DNA of 64,000 nt, from contig CAWJKT010000014.1 in the NCBI GenBank assembly GCA_963843375.1, positions 32,001 through 96,000 of the forward strand, read 5' to 3'. Position 1 is the first letter of the stretch; each line of letters starts with the position of its first letter. A program made the translations under genes and the position numbers. Of this stretch, positions 63,379-64,000 are shown piece by piece. Below the pieces are notes generated by a model. The model was not told where the DNA came from and made no database searches. It saw nothing but the letters and a program-made list of their open reading frames with translations. Origin of the DNA: an uncultured Pseudomonadota bacterium (GTDB lineage Bacteria > Oederibacteriota > Muellerivitia > Muellerivitales > Muellerivitaceae).

Positions 63379-64000
63379 CTCCGGAAGGTTTTCATTTTGC
63401 TGATCCCATATGGCTTTATTTTCTTCCCCTCGCTTTTTTGGCCCTCCTGCTCGCGCTTTTTCCATTCCCGGGCCAGACATTCCACGCTATCCGTTGGCAA
63501 CCCCCGTTTGGTGGAATGGGCGCCCAGTTTTTTCTCCGTCCAACTTATTCCCTGGTTTTTTCGCCTTCTGGCCGTTTGCCTTTGCCTGATCGCCGCCGCC
63601 AGGCCCCAATCGGGACAAAAGAAGGTCGAGGAAAAAATGCCCGTCACCGATTTATATGTTGCCCTCGACGTTTCGGGTTCCATGGTGACCAATGACTTGA
63701 AGCCCAACCGGATTACCGCAGCCAAGCATTTTTTATCCGAATTCCTGGATAAAGTGCAAAACGTAAGGATGGGATTGACGATATTCGCCCGGATCAGTTT
63801 TACCCAATGTCCCCTGACCAATGATGTGGGCATCGTCAAACAGCTTTTGGCGAATGTGGAACCGGCTCCCCATTCCATCAAGCTGGACGGGACAGCCATT
63901 GGAGACGCTTTGGTATCCTGCTTAAACCGGCTTCAAAACGGGACCGGGAAAGGCGGGGACCAAACGTCCAGCGAACCTTCCATGATCGCTAAATGGCTTG
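63375..64000 (+). CDS. batA: BatA-like vWA domain protein (partial; frameshift near 63465)
   Basis: F.FADP.WL start, then AARPQ, ALDVSGSM...D..PNRI..AK, QCPLT and GTAIGDAL. Confidence 0.85.

Overview
Bacterial chromosomal window with about 55 genes; the taxon cannot be assigned from the sequence alone. It has five blocks. (1) 1-25.9 kb is a surface-glycan locus: Wzx flippase, GT2s, methyltransferases, a YdjC-methyltransferase fusion, an AT-rich mixed-orientation array of GT-C-like membrane glycosyltransferases and OafA acyltransferases, fdtAB, two RfbE-like SDRs plus a polyprenol-P GT2, and rfbBACD. (2) 26-35.4 kb holds pyrD-rlpA-pyrF-pyrE, envelope proteins and rqcH. (3) 35.7-44.3 kb holds a beta-oxidation operon with a patatin, HU, and CIRCE-controlled groESL. 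(4) 44.4-61.3 kb is the best candidate for an undescribed system. Two secreted AcpA/phospholipase C-family paralogs (one with a degenerate active site), a Thr-rich NHL lipoprotein and a membrane-anchored two-domain multicopper oxidase are transcribed divergently from a PilMNO-type type II secretion operon. The shared intergenic region has three 11-bp-phased Pho-box-like repeats, and hicAB lies at the right edge. (5) 61.5-64 kb holds an FmdB-like gene, DUF58 and BatA. About a dozen single-base frameshifts, one of them in groEL, point to long-read or assembly indel errors, so split genes are mostly not called pseudogenes. No rRNA, tRNA, CRISPR array or transposase was seen.
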